A stretch of 64,000 nucleotides of DNA from Spirochaetia bacterium (GTDB lineage Bacteria > Spirochaetota > Spirochaetia > SZUA-6 > Bin103). The stretch is from assembly GCA_965208575.1 (NCBI GenBank), contig CBDBOV010000005.1, positions 1,184,001 to 1,248,000 on the forward strand, given 5' to 3'. The notes beneath the pieces were generated by a model that saw only the letters and a program-made list of their open reading frames with translations, was not told the origin of the DNA and made no database searches. Both the position numbers and the translations under genes were made by a program. Below are positions 8,991 through 18,821 of this stretch, piece by piece; the first letter of the stretch is position 1; every line of letters starts with the position of its first letter.

Positions 8991-10173
8991 GGATGCGGTG
9001 CACCGGCTCCGGGTAGGCCGGGTGGAACGCCGATTGGCTTCGCGAGCGCGCGCGTACCGGGGTGGCCGCGTGTTCCCGGCTCAGCGCCGCGGCCGCTTCC
9101 GCCACCGCCCGGTCGATGAGCCCCTCCAGCGCGCCGGCGTCCATCTCCACGCGTGCGTTCACGATCAGCGTGACCCGGCCGCCGGCGAGGTTCGGCAACT
9201 GCGAACGCCATGCGCTGCTCGACACCTCGCCGCCGTCCTCCAGGTCGGCGCCCGTAACGCTCACCTTCGCGTCGCGGTAGTGGTCGCGCACCAGGAACTT
9301 GAGATGGCCGACGGCGCCGCCGCGGTCGCGCAGCGCGGCGACCACCCGTTCGATCACCGCACGTGCCGCGTCCGTGGTGCGCCCCTCGACGCCGGCCAGC
9401 TCCACCTCGCGGTCACTCCAGGCCAGCGCCGCCTCGGCGGCGCCGTAGCGGTCGTAGTCCACCTCCACGCCGGCCAGCAGCGCGTCCGCGGGCCGCGGCG
9501 CGCCCGGCGCCGCGGCGCCGGACGGAACCGCCGCGTCCGAGGCGTCCGAGGCGTCGATGTGCCGCATCCAGGCGGCGACGCCCGCCGCGCTGCGCGAGTC
9601 CTGCACCAGCAGCCGCCGTCCCGGCAAGCCGGCCTGCAACACGTCCCGCAGCCCTTCCGCTCCTCCCCACTCGGCGGCAACCAGGTCCGCGCGGGAGGCG
9701 ACCAGCAGCGGCGCCTCCGCCAACTGGCGCTCGAACAGGTAGTCCAGCGCCGGGTTGGTCCACGGCAGCGGGCGGCCCGCCAGGTAACCGGCCAGCAGGC
9801 GCGCGTCGGCCAGCACGGTCAGCGTCACCGCCTGCAACGCCACCTCGCGACGCCGCAGCAGCGGGTTTACCACCGTGCGCGCGATGTCCACGCAGGAGCC
9901 CACCGCCTCGGCGAACACGTGCTCGGCGCCGTCCTCCGCCAGCGCTGCGACGCGCTCCACCAACTCCGGGTAGCGGCAGCAGAAGCAGCCGCCGGTGACC
10001 TCCGCGACCGCCGCCGCGGTGCCGGCCAGCGCGCCGGTGTCGACCAGCATCTCGCCCTGGTCGTTGGTCACTACCGCCGCCCGCCGGCCGCGGTCGCGCA
10101 GCAGTTCGCAGGCGCTGCCGATTGCCGTGGTCTTACCGCTGCCCAGAAACCCGCCGACCAGGTGCAGTTGCAC
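8956..10173 (-). CDS. CobW/HypB/UreG (G3E) family GTPase, putative metallochaperone
   Basis: GGFLGSGKTT P-loop, VVTNDQG, GGCFCC metal motif, EAVGSC. GTG start at 10173 chosen; the ORF extends to 10215. Confidence 0.85.
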   Translation of the reverse strand: MQLHLVGGFLGSGKTTAIGSACELLRDRGRRAAVVTNDQGEMLVDTGALAGTAAAVAEVTGGCFCCRYPELVERVAALAEDGAEHVFAEAVGSCVDIARTVVNPLLRRREVALQAVTLTVLADARLLAGYLAGRPLPWTNPALDYLFERQLAEAPLLVASRADLVAAEWGGAEGLRDVLQAGLPGRRLLVQDSRSAAGVAAWMRHIDASDASDAAVPSGAAAPGAPRPADALLAGVEVDYDRYGAAEAALAWSDREVELAGVEGRTTDAARAVIERVVAALRDRGGAVGHLKFLVRDHYRDAKVSVTGADLEDGGEVSSSAWRSQLPNLAGGRVTLIVNARVEMDAGALEGLIDRAVAEAAAALSREHAATPVRARSRSQSAFHPAYPEPVHRIPSHGAAQPPHA

Positions 10174-10267
10174 GCGCCGATTGTGCCCGGTGAGCGCCTC
10201 CGGGGTCAAAGCCATCCCAACGGGGCCTGTCCGGAGGCGCGCTATCTGCTATGGTGCAGCCTGAGAA

Positions 10268-12058
10268 ATGGGCGATTCGAACGACTCCTTCCTGGCGTCC
10301 CTGGATCCGACCGCCATGGCCGACTGGCAGATCAGCGCGGCCGCCGAACCGCACATGAAGCGGGTGCAGCAGCTCGGCGCGGAGTTGGGGTTACAGCCCG
10401 ACGAGGTGCTTCCGTTCGGCCACTACGTCGGCAAGCTGGACTACGCGCGCGTGCTCGAACGGCTCGATGCCCGCCCGAACGGAAGGTACGTGAACGTCAC
10501 CGCCATCACGCCGACCCCGCTCGGCGAGGGCAAGACCACCACCACCATGGGGCTGGTCGAGGGCCTGGCGGCGATCGGCAAGCGGGTGATCGGCGCCATC
10601 CGGCAGCCATCCGGCGGCCCAACCTTCAACATCAAGGGCTCTGCCGCCGGCGGCGGGCTGGCGCAATGCATTCCGCTCACTGACCTCAGCCTGGGTCTGA
10701 CCGGCGACATCGACGCCATCACCAACGCCCACAACCTGGCCATGGTGGCGCTTACCAGCCGTCTCCAGCACGAGGCCAACTACGGCGACAAGACCCTCGC
10801 GCGCAAGCAACTGCGCCGCCTCAACATCGACCCGCGCAAGGTGGCGGTGGGATGGGCGATCGACTTCAGCGCCCAGGCGCTGCGCGAGATCGTCATCGGC
10901 CTCGGCGGCAGGATGGACGGCCTGATGATGCAGAGCGGCTTCCAGATCTCGGTGTCGTCGGAGGTGATGGCGATCCTGGCGGTGGCCGCCGACCTGGCCG
11001 ATCTGCGAGCCCGCCTCGGCCGCATGGTGGTCGCGTACGCCAGGAACGGCAGCCCGGTCACCACCGCCGACCTGGAGGTGGACGGCGCCATGACGGCGAT
11101 CATGGCGAAGGCGATCAACCCCAACCTGATGCAGACCATCGAGGGGCAGCCGGTGTTGGTGCATGCCGGCCCGTTCGCCAACATCGCCATCGGCCAGTCC
11201 TCGGTGATCGCCGACCGGGTAGGCCTCAAGCTGGCCGATTACCACGTCACCGAGAGCGGTTTCGGCGCCGACATCGGCTTCGAGAAGTTCTGGAACCTGA
11301 AGTGCCGGATGAGCGGACTGGTGCCCGACTGCTCGGTGGTGGTGTGCACCATCCGCGCCCTGAAGATGCACGGCGGCGGCCCGCGAGTGGCACCGGGCAG
11401 GCCGCTGGACCGCGCCTACACCGAGCGCGACACCGGCCTGGTGGAGCGCGGGGTGGCGAATCTGTTGGCGCACCTGGAGACGGTGCGCAAGAGCGGGGTG
11501 GCTCCGGTGGTGTGCATCAACCACTTCCACACCGACACCGAGGAGGAGGTGGCGGTGATTCGAGAGGCGGTGGCGGCCACCGGTGCGCCGTGCGTGGTGA
11601 GCCGGCATTGGCGGTACGGCGGCGCCGGCGCGCGCGAGCTGGCGGAGGCGGTGGTGGCGGCGTGTGAGCAGCCGTCCGCGTTCCGGTTCCTGTACGAGGA
11701 CGCGGTGCCGCAGCGCGAGCGGATCGAGCGCATCACCCGCGAGGTCTACGGCGGCGCCGGTGTCAGCTATCAGCCGCAGGCGCTGGCGAAGCTGGAGGCG
11801 GTGGAACAGGATCCCGAACTGGCGAAGCTGGGCACCTGCATGGTGAAGACCCAGCTCAGCCTGAGCCACGACCCGGCGCTGAAGGGCCGGCCCACCGGCT
11901 GGACGCTGCCGGTACGCGACCTGCTGCTGTACCGCGGCGCCGGGCTGGTGGTGCCGGTGGCCGGCGACATCAAGCTGCTGCCGGGCACCGCCTCCGACCC
12001 CGCCTTCCGCCGCATCGACGTCGACCCCCGCACCGGCCGCGTCCAGGGCCTGCACTGA
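10268..12058 (+). CDS. fhs: Formate--tetrahydrofolate ligase
   Basis: [54 protein letters not shown] signature motifs. Confidence 0.97.
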   Translation: MGDSNDSFLASLDPTAMADWQISAAAEPHMKRVQQLGAELGLQPDEVLPFGHYVGKLDYARVLERLDARPNGRYVNVTAITPTPLGEGKTTTTMGLVEGLAAIGKRVIGAIRQPSGGPTFNIKGSAAGGGLAQCIPLTDLSLGLTGDIDAITNAHNLAMVALTSRLQHEANYGDKTLARKQLRRLNIDPRKVAVGWAIDFSAQALREIVIGLGGRMDGLMMQSGFQISVSSEVMAILAVAADLADLRARLGRMVVAYARNGSPVTTADLEVDGAMTAIMAKAINPNLMQTIEGQPVLVHAGPFANIAIGQSSVIADRVGLKLADYHVTESGFGADIGFEKFWNLKCRMSGLVPDCSVVVCTIRALKMHGGGPRVAPGRPLDRAYTERDTGLVERGVANLLAHLETVRKSGVAPVVCINHFHTDTEEEVAVIREAVAATGAPCVVSRHWRYGGAGARELAEAVVAACEQPSAFRFLYEDAVPQRERIERITREVYGGAGVSYQPQALAKLEAVEQDPELAKLGTCMVKTQLSLSHDPALKGRPTGWTLPVRDLLLYRGAGLVVPVAGDIKLLPGTASDPAFRRIDVDPRTGRVQGLH

Positions 12059-12073
12059 AAGGAGGTGCGGAGG

Positions 12074-13195
12074 ATGGCAACGTCCGGACGGTGGAGTTAC
12101 CCTGGCATGGACAAGAAGCTGGCCAGGCGCGCGGCTGTCGCAGCGCAGTCGGGAGACCTGGACGCGGTGCGGGCAGCCGTGGCTCAGGATGGTGCCGTGG
12201 CGGGCCACTGGTCGGTGCTGATGAACGCCTGCTTCGGCGGCCACCGTGACGTGGCGGCGTTTCTGATCGCGGCAGGGGCCGATGTCAACGTGCTGTCGCC
12301 CAACGCACACCGCTACCGGCCGCTGCATCGCGCCGTGGAGTACAAGAAAACCATGCCCAAGACGCCGGGCCACACCGCCACCGTGCGCCTGCTGCTGGAG
12401 CACGGCGCCGACCCGATGCTGCGCGGCACCTGGAACCTGCACAGCGCCGTGGCGGTGGCGGCGTTCGGCTGTACCGAGTTCCTGCCCCTGCTGCTGGAAT
12501 ACTCCCTGCGCGAGCCCGAGCTGTATACCGCGGCGGCGCTGGCACGCCACGATGAGCTGGCCGCTCTCCTGGCCGAGGCACCGGACGCCGCCACGCGCCC
12601 CGACGCCGACTCGCGCGACGGGAGCTGGCTGCCGCTGCAGTACTGCGCCCGTTCGGTGGCCGGCACCGAGGAGGAGCGGGTCGCCACCGCGGCGCTGCTG
12701 CTTGACCGCGGCGCCGAACCGTCCACCGGGTTGGACTACGCCTGCTGGTCCGACAACGCCGGGATCGTCGATCTGCTCCTGCAACGCGGCGGCCGCCTCG
12801 GCGACGACGACACCGTCAACCACCTCGCCTGCGACGGCCAGTTCGCCGTCCTCGACCTGCTGTTGCGCCACGGCGCCGTCGACATGAACGGTACCCGCGG
12901 CACCGCCCACCACGGCGGCTACAACCCCCTCGGCTGTGCCGTCAACATGCGCAGCCTCAAGGGGGTCACCTGGTTCCTGGACCATGGCTGCGACCCCAAC
13001 GAGGTGCAGAGCACGAGCGGCGAAACCGCCCTGCACGTGGCGGTCAACTCCGGCGCCGGCGTGCCCCTGGTGCGCCTCCTGGTAGACCGGGGCGTGAACG
13101 TCGATCAGCGCGACGCCGCCGGCCAGACCGCCCTGGACCTGGCTCGCGCCAAGGGCAAGCCGAAGCTGGTGGCGTTCCTGGCGGGAAGTGTGTGA
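12074..13195 (+). CDS. Ankyrin repeat protein
   Basis: Repeated PLH.A/TALH.A...LL..GAD.N motifs; AAGGAGG RBS 8 nt before ATG 12074. Confidence 0.88.
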   Translation: MATSGRWSYPGMDKKLARRAAVAAQSGDLDAVRAAVAQDGAVAGHWSVLMNACFGGHRDVAAFLIAAGADVNVLSPNAHRYRPLHRAVEYKKTMPKTPGHTATVRLLLEHGADPMLRGTWNLHSAVAVAAFGCTEFLPLLLEYSLREPELYTAAALARHDELAALLAEAPDAATRPDADSRDGSWLPLQYCARSVAGTEEERVATAALLLDRGAEPSTGLDYACWSDNAGIVDLLLQRGGRLGDDDTVNHLACDGQFAVLDLLLRHGAVDMNGTRGTAHHGGYNPLGCAVNMRSLKGVTWFLDHGCDPNEVQSTSGETALHVAVNSGAGVPLVRLLVDRGVNVDQRDAAGQTALDLARAKGKPKLVAFLAGSV

Positions 13196-13207
13196 CGTAG
13201 GCCGAGC

Positions 13208-13486
13208 ATGACCCCAGACGATACCCTGTTTCTGAAGAATTTCTTCCAGAAGGTAATCGAATTTCTGCCGATTGCCGATGATGATGCCAGGTGGCTGGCT
13301 GCGATTGCAAATAGCCATCAGGCCGCGCTGGACAGTGCCAACCAGCTTCCGGTCCTGGCGCGCTTTTTGGACACCCACTTGGCACTCTGCTATCGCAATG
13401 GAGATGAGTGGTTCGATATACATCCACTCATCGCCGACCAAGTGGATCGGCAGGTTGAGGAATCCCGTGCGCGGTCCAAGACTTGA
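13208..13486 (+). pseudogene. Internally deleted P-loop ATPase gene (N- and C-terminal remnants fused), partner of the downstream TPR gene
   Basis: C-terminal LARFLDTHLALCYRNGDEWFDIHPLI resembles the tail of the ATPases that precede such TPR genes. No Walker motifs remain. TGATG coupling to the next gene. Confidence 0.55.
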
Positions 13487-15768
13487 TGGGCAGCGGATGC
13501 CGGATTGAGGAAGTCTTGCGATTAGCGCCAAGTGACGAGGTGCACTGGCAGCGGCTGCGCCGGCAGGTTGAGTGGGCGAACGAATTCTGGCTCGGCTTTC
13601 TGTTCTGCCAGTCGCCGCAGGTTGCCGCGACCATTCGCGAGCGTGTTGAGCGCCTCCTGAGAGTCAGGGCGCGCACCATCCAAGCGGTGGTGCCGACCAG
13701 CCCGGACGAGTTGGGCTCGCTGTTGCCGGTGCTGTTCGACCCTGCGATGGCGGCGCATGGACTGGTCTGGGTCGAAGCGATTCGTGCCGACTCTCCGGAA
13801 GTCCCTGCAGACCCGCCGGGCCCGTGGACGGCGGCGTGGGACAAGCTCCTGTTGCTGCTCAACGAGCGGCGCGATGCCCTGGGGCGCCACCTTCAGGGTG
13901 GCTTGATGATGGTCGCGCCCATCGACATCAAACCGAGGGCGCGCATTGCCGCCCCCGACGTGTGGTCGATTCGTTCGGTGGTCATGGAACTGCCGGCGCA
14001 CCCCCAGATGTCCCTTGCCGGTAACCGAAACGGGGCGGGGCCGGCGAGTGACTTGCGCACGGTAGCCGATGAGCCGGCGTCGGCGGCGAGGATGCAGTTT
14101 CGGCAAATTGAAGCGTTGCTCGCCAGGGGCGAGGCGGGGCAGGCGACCGAGCTGGCGCGGGAAGCCGTATCCGGTCTGCGACCCGTCTCGGTCCGCCTCT
14201 CCGCCGAGGCATTGGAGTGGCTTGGCAGGGCGCGGCGAGCGGCCGGGGACATCGCTGGCGCGCTCGATCACGTATCGGAAGCGATTCAACTGAGGCGTTC
14301 GCAGGTTGGCAACGGGGACGCGCTTCCGCCAGTGCAACGCGAGCTGGCCTCCAGCTTGGCACTCGCCGGGAACCTGCATCACGAGACCGGGGACTTGGAC
14401 AACAGTGACTCCGCTCACCGGGAGTCACTGTCCATACGCAGGCAGTTGCTGCAGACGGAAGGCAAGACGCCGCAGACGCTCGGCGATACGGAAGCAGCGC
14501 TGTGTCGCGTGGCCGAGGTGCGAGGCGCGCGCGGCGATCTGGCGGGTGCGGCAGCGGCCTACGCAGAGGCCGTCGCGTTGGTTCGCAAACTGATCGAGTT
14601 GGTCGGCGAGGCTCCGCAGGCGCTCTCGGACCTCGTCGCCGCTTTGGACGGCCTTGGGCGGGTTACCCGGCGCAGCGGTGATCTGGCGCGCAGCAGGGCG
14701 GCGCACGAAGAGGCGCTCGCCCGGTATCGTCTGCTGTTGGCCAAGACGGAGCCATCGCCGGCGGCGCTGCGTCGGTTAGCGGCGCTCCTCAACAATGCCG
14801 GCAACGGGCTGGTCGAGCACGGAGATTACGCGCTGGCGCGGGAGGCATTCGAGGAGGCCGTGGCGCTCAATCGACGATTGCTGGAAGCCAATGGCGAAGC
14901 GCTCGACGCGTTACGGGATTTGTCCATAAGCCTCAACGGTCTGGGGAACGCGCACCTGGAGGGACACGACGTAACGGGCGCCGCGACGGCATATCGGGAA
15001 GCGCTCGGTCTCCGCAGGCGGGCAGTGGCGATGGAGGAGACGCCGGAGACCCTGCGCGAGGTTGCGTTATCTCTGGACCACGTCGGGTTCGTGCAACAGA
15101 TGGCGGGGGAGCCGGCGGCGGCCCTGGCTACCCTTGAGGAGTCGCTTACGCTGTTCCGACGATTGCTGGGTTCGCACGGCGAGACACCGCGGGCCCTGCG
15201 CGGTCTCTCCGGCAGCCTGGACAGCGTGGGGCGGCTCCGGCGAGAGACAGGCGACTTGACGGGGAGTGTGGACGCACACCGAGAGTCCGTAGCGCTTGCT
15301 CGCCGGCTGCTGGGGGAGTTGGGCCCATCACCGGAAACGCTCCGTGACCTGTCGGTCAGCCTGGTGAACGTCGGGACGAGCCAAAGGGAGGCCGGGAGTC
15401 TGTCGGCAAGCATTGCAGCATATGAGGAAGCGATTGTGCTGCGGCGTCGCCGGATTGCGGACTATGGAGAGACGCCTGAGGCGTTGGCCGACCTGGCGAC
15501 GAGTCTTGCCGACCTCGGCCGCGTCATGCGCGACACCAATCGCGAGCAAGCCGCAGCCGCGTTGGGAGAGTCTCTCTCCTTGTTCCGGCGCTGGGAAGAA
15601 GTGTTGGGCAAGACGCCCCAGACGATGGGGGAGATCGCCGCCAGACTAGACGGCGTTGCCGCCGCGCGCAGGGACGCAGGCGACTCCGCCGGAGCCGCAG
15701 ACGCAGCCAAGGAGGCCGAGATCATTCGGCAGCGGGTGCAGTCAATCGGCGCCGGGCTCGCCGAATAG
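13486..15768 (+). CDS. Tetratricopeptide repeat protein with N-terminal LN.RR...APDVWSIRS domain
   Basis: About 11 repeats of roughly 47 aa (ETP.ALRDLS.SL..LG....GD...A..A..E.L.L.R.L); codon usage more AT-rich than neighbours. Confidence 0.85.
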   Translation: MGSGCRIEEVLRLAPSDEVHWQRLRRQVEWANEFWLGFLFCQSPQVAATIRERVERLLRVRARTIQAVVPTSPDELGSLLPVLFDPAMAAHGLVWVEAIRADSPEVPADPPGPWTAAWDKLLLLLNERRDALGRHLQGGLMMVAPIDIKPRARIAAPDVWSIRSVVMELPAHPQMSLAGNRNGAGPASDLRTVADEPASAARMQFRQIEALLARGEAGQATELAREAVSGLRPVSVRLSAEALEWLGRARRAAGDIAGALDHVSEAIQLRRSQVGNGDALPPVQRELASSLALAGNLHHETGDLDNSDSAHRESLSIRRQLLQTEGKTPQTLGDTEAALCRVAEVRGARGDLAGAAAAYAEAVALVRKLIELVGEAPQALSDLVAALDGLGRVTRRSGDLARSRAAHEEALARYRLLLAKTEPSPAALRRLAALLNNAGNGLVEHGDYALAREAFEEAVALNRRLLEANGEALDALRDLSISLNGLGNAHLEGHDVTGAATAYREALGLRRRAVAMEETPETLREVALSLDHVGFVQQMAGEPAAALATLEESLTLFRRLLGSHGETPRALRGLSGSLDSVGRLRRETGDLTGSVDAHRESVALARRLLGELGPSPETLRDLSVSLVNVGTSQREAGSLSASIAAYEEAIVLRRRRIADYGETPEALADLATSLADLGRVMRDTNREQAAAALGESLSLFRRWEEVLGKTPQTMGEIAARLDGVAAARRDAGDSAGAADAAKEAEIIRQRVQSIGAGLAE

Positions 15769-16026
15769 CTTGCGGTCCCAGTCGGCGACCAGTTCGGCGA
15801 TGACGGCGTCGAGCACCTCGCGGGGGGCGCCGTCGCGCTGCTCGCGCGGGCCCCACTTCCACTGCTCCAGGTACTCGTCCGAGCCGTACAGGCCCTCCTC
15901 CATGGCCACGCGGTCGATCTCTTCCTGGTAGCGCGGCGGGAGCTGGCCTGAAATGCGCACTCCGCCGCCGGAGGCGCGCACCTGGGCGGGGATCTGCTGC
16001 CACCTGAGGACGCGGTACTCAGCCAT
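15742..16026 (-). CDS. 'Virulence factor' family (PF13769-like) small protein, usually linked to split MetH/corrinoid methyltransferase genes
   Basis: W.QIPAQV...LP.RYQEEIDRVAM..GL..SDEYLEQW pattern; overlaps the upstream methyltransferase stop. Confidence 0.8.
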   Translation of the reverse strand: MAEYRVLRWQQIPAQVRASGGGVRISGQLPPRYQEEIDRVAMEEGLYGSDEYLEQWKWGPREQRDGAPREVLDAVIAELVADWDRKLFGEPGAD

Positions 16027-17053
16027 CGGTCACCAGCTCTCCCTTGCGGTGCGCGCGGATGAACGACGCGCAGTACCGGTCGCGGCCGAGCAGCAGGTCG
16101 GCAGCCATCCGGTAGCGGCGCGAGCCGCGGTCGATGCCGAGCACGCTGTCGATGTGGCTGGTGACCGGGTCGAGGATGCCGCTGTCGGCGCCGGCGTCGA
16201 TCGCCAGGCGCAGGAACACGTCATTGATCAGGCGCCGCTGGGGCATGCCGAACGACACGTTGCTGAAGCCGCCGGTAATGTGCAGTTCGGCGCCGTAGTG
16301 CCGGCGCAGCTCGCGGATGGCGTCCAGGCAGTGGTTGCCGAATTCCTGGTCCACCGCGATCGGGAACACCAGCGGGTCCACGTAGATGTCCGCCGCCGGG
16401 ATGCCGCGCTGCAGCGCCGCGTCCACCATCCGGGACGCGTTCGCCACCCGTTCGGCGGTGTCGTTCGGCATGCCCGACTCGCCGGCGGCGGTCACGATCA
16501 CCTGCACGTCGAATTCGCGCGCCAGATCGAGCGCGTCGAGCCGCTCCAGGGAGGCGGAGTTGAGCAGCCCGCGGGCGCCGTCCGCGCCGTCGCTCCATGC
16601 CTCCAGCCCGGCCCGGATGATGTCGATGTTGGATGAGTCGATCGACAGCGGCAGGCGGCTCGCACGCCGTATCGTGCGCACCAGCCAGGCCATCGCCGCC
16701 TGCTGATCCTCCAGGCGAAGCGAAATCTCGTCCACGTTGAGGTCGAGAAAGTGGGCGCCGGCATCCTCCTGGCGTTGCGCCAGCCGCTGCAGGTAACGGA
16801 GCCCCTCGGCCGCCCCCGCGCCGCCCGCCATCGCTTCGCGGACGGCGATCTGCACGTGCTTTACGCGGCCCTCCTCGAAGTCCTGGGTGGTGCGAAACGC
16901 ATCCGGGATCGGCAGATGGCGCACCTCGCCCGACCTGGTGCGGTAGTTCACCGCCTGCGCACCGCCGGGCAGGTCGCTGATCCGGCTGCCCTTGCGGCGC
17001 AGCACGCGGGTCGTGTGGATGTTCTCGCCGATCACGATGAAAGTGTCGTTCAT
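16019..17053 (-). CDS. Methyltetrahydrofolate:corrinoid methyltransferase (AcsE/MetH pterin-binding domain)
   Basis: IGENIH, GAHFLDLNV, PLSIDSS, LLNS, YVDPLVFPI, GGFSNVSFGMP. ATG 17053 overlaps the stop of the metF-like gene (ATGA). Confidence 0.88.
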   Translation of the reverse strand: MNDTFIVIGENIHTTRVLRRKGSRISDLPGGAQAVNYRTRSGEVRHLPIPDAFRTTQDFEEGRVKHVQIAVREAMAGGAGAAEGLRYLQRLAQRQEDAGAHFLDLNVDEISLRLEDQQAAMAWLVRTIRRASRLPLSIDSSNIDIIRAGLEAWSDGADGARGLLNSASLERLDALDLAREFDVQVIVTAAGESGMPNDTAERVANASRMVDAALQRGIPAADIYVDPLVFPIAVDQEFGNHCLDAIRELRRHYGAELHITGGFSNVSFGMPQRRLINDVFLRLAIDAGADSGILDPVTSHIDSVLGIDRGSRRYRMAADLLLGRDRYCASFIRAHRKGELVTDG

Positions 17054-18684
17054 TGCTTGGTCTGTTCCTCGGGTGCCGCGCCCGAACCAGGGTCGGGGCG
17101 GTGGGCGAAGTGGTCGCGTCCCAGGTACGTGTTGGTCCAGGCGCTGGTACCGGCAAGGGCGGCGTTCTTGATGATCGCCGGCCCGTCGAGCATGGTGCGT
17201 TCCTCGCCGTACGCCTTGAGCCGGTCGTAGGCGCGCGCCCAGATGCACTCCTTGTCGCCGATCTCGCACGTACCCTCGCGAGTGCCCCCGCAGGGGCCGT
17301 TGCGCTGGTTCTTGACGCACTGCGACTCCGGGCACAGGTAGGCGATGTCGGGCAGCGAGCAGTCGCCGCAGTCGCGGCAGTCGTACACCGTGGACTTGGC
17401 GGCGTGCTCGAGCTTGTGGAACAGCCGGCGGCCGCGCCTCCCGCTCTGCTCGACGGCGCGCGCCAGCTTGCGCCCGGCCTCGAAGCCCGGCGTGTCGGGC
17501 GTGAAGACCGCGTCGTGTACCGTGCGGCTCAGCTTGTATCCGAGCGGTACCCGCTGTCGCAGCCGCCCGAGCGCGTCCGGCTGCCGTGACGCCAGGTAGT
17601 TGCGGCTTACCTCGCTGCCGCTGGTGCCGGCCAGCTCGCCCGGCTCGAAGTAGTAGAATTCGTCCGGGAAGTGGAAGTGCACGTCGCCGGTGAACTGGCG
17701 CCAGTCGTCGGCGCCGAAGCCGGCGGCCATCTGCAGCACGCATTCGATGTCCGCGTGCCGGGTCAGGCCGCCGAGATAGGCGCCGCGGTAGCCGAGACCG
17801 CGCGCGATCGCCACCTGCTTGGCGGCCAGTTCCAGGAAGAACGCCTTGCCCTTGTCCGGTGATGCGGCGTGCTTCTCGGCCAGCTCCAGCAACTCCGGCA
17901 GCACCACCACGCCGGGAATCCTGCCGGAGGCGAAGAAGCGCGCCGCCGCGCCGCTCAGGACATACACGTTGGCCACCACCGGCACGTCGAGCCGGTGCGC
18001 GGCCATGTAGCGCAGCAGCTCGTCCTGTTTGCGGGCGTCCCAGCCGATCTGGCTGATGATGAACCGCGCGCCGTTGGCGATTTTCTTGGCCAGCTTGAAG
18101 TACTGCGGCATCACCTCGCGCTCGTGCCGCTTGTGGTTGTTGATCACCGCGCCCAGGAAGAAGCGCGTCGGCGTCAGGGTGCGCCGGCCGGCGCGGATGC
18201 CGGCGTTCATGTCCGAGAACATGCGCAGCAGGCCCACCGAATCGGTATCGAACACCGGGCTCGCCTGACCCTGGTAGCCGCCCACCGGATAGTCGCCCGA
18301 CAGGGCCAGGATATTGTCGAACCCGAGACTCGCGAGCTGCCAGCCGCGGCTCTCCAGGGCATTGCGGTTCCAATCCTTGCAGGACAGGTGAATCACCACC
18401 TCCTGACCGCGCGAGATCAGGTCGGTGCCGAGCGCGTCGGCGCCGAACATCGCGTTGCCGCCCGGGTTATCGGTGATCGACAACGCATGTATGTCCTTGT
18501 GTTCAACAAGGTTGCGAGCCAAATTGAGCACTCGCTTCCCCGCTCGATCGGTGAGCATGCCGCGCGAGGTGACCAACTCCACCAAGTGCAGAAAGGTATC
18601 CGTCCGCTCCAGCAGCGCGCGCAGCGTGCGGGACCCCGGCGTGGTTCGCGGGGCGGGAGTTCGTGCCTCGCGGGCGCTGTTCAT
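17050..18684 (-). CDS. metF: Methylenetetrahydrofolate reductase with fused C-terminal MetV/MTHFR_C Cys-rich domain
   Basis: SITDNPGG, HLSCKD.NRNALES, LALSGD, KKIANGARFIISQ; C-terminal CRDCGDC..CP...C.K..RNGPCGG...CE..CIW. Confidence 0.85.
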   Translation of the reverse strand: MNSAREARTPAPRTTPGSRTLRALLERTDTFLHLVELVTSRGMLTDRAGKRVLNLARNLVEHKDIHALSITDNPGGNAMFGADALGTDLISRGQEVVIHLSCKDWNRNALESRGWQLASLGFDNILALSGDYPVGGYQGQASPVFDTDSVGLLRMFSDMNAGIRAGRRTLTPTRFFLGAVINNHKRHEREVMPQYFKLAKKIANGARFIISQIGWDARKQDELLRYMAAHRLDVPVVANVYVLSGAAARFFASGRIPGVVVLPELLELAEKHAASPDKGKAFFLELAAKQVAIARGLGYRGAYLGGLTRHADIECVLQMAAGFGADDWRQFTGDVHFHFPDEFYYFEPGELAGTSGSEVSRNYLASRQPDALGRLRQRVPLGYKLSRTVHDAVFTPDTPGFEAGRKLARAVEQSGRRGRRLFHKLEHAAKSTVYDCRDCGDCSLPDIAYLCPESQCVKNQRNGPCGGTREGTCEIGDKECIWARAYDRLKAYGEERTMLDGPAIIKNAALAGTSAWTNTYLGRDHFAHRPDPGSGAAPEEQTKQ

Positions 18685-18821
18685 CGGGTTGCCAGTCGCG
18701 CGGACGGCGTGCGGGTGCATGGCACGCGCACGCTTACCGTTTCCGGGGCAGCCGGGCAGCATTCGCCGTCGCGGCCCGCGGTGCGCCCCAACCACTTCTC
18801 CAAAGGCTTCGGACGAATCAC

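Noticed and set aside
18685-18821. Riboswitch (cobalamin/THF/ZTP/SAM) upstream of metF
   Set aside because: Only a fragmentary resemblance (ctgccccggaaacggtaa) to a B12 element; other conserved cores are not visible. An Rfam/Infernal scan would be needed.
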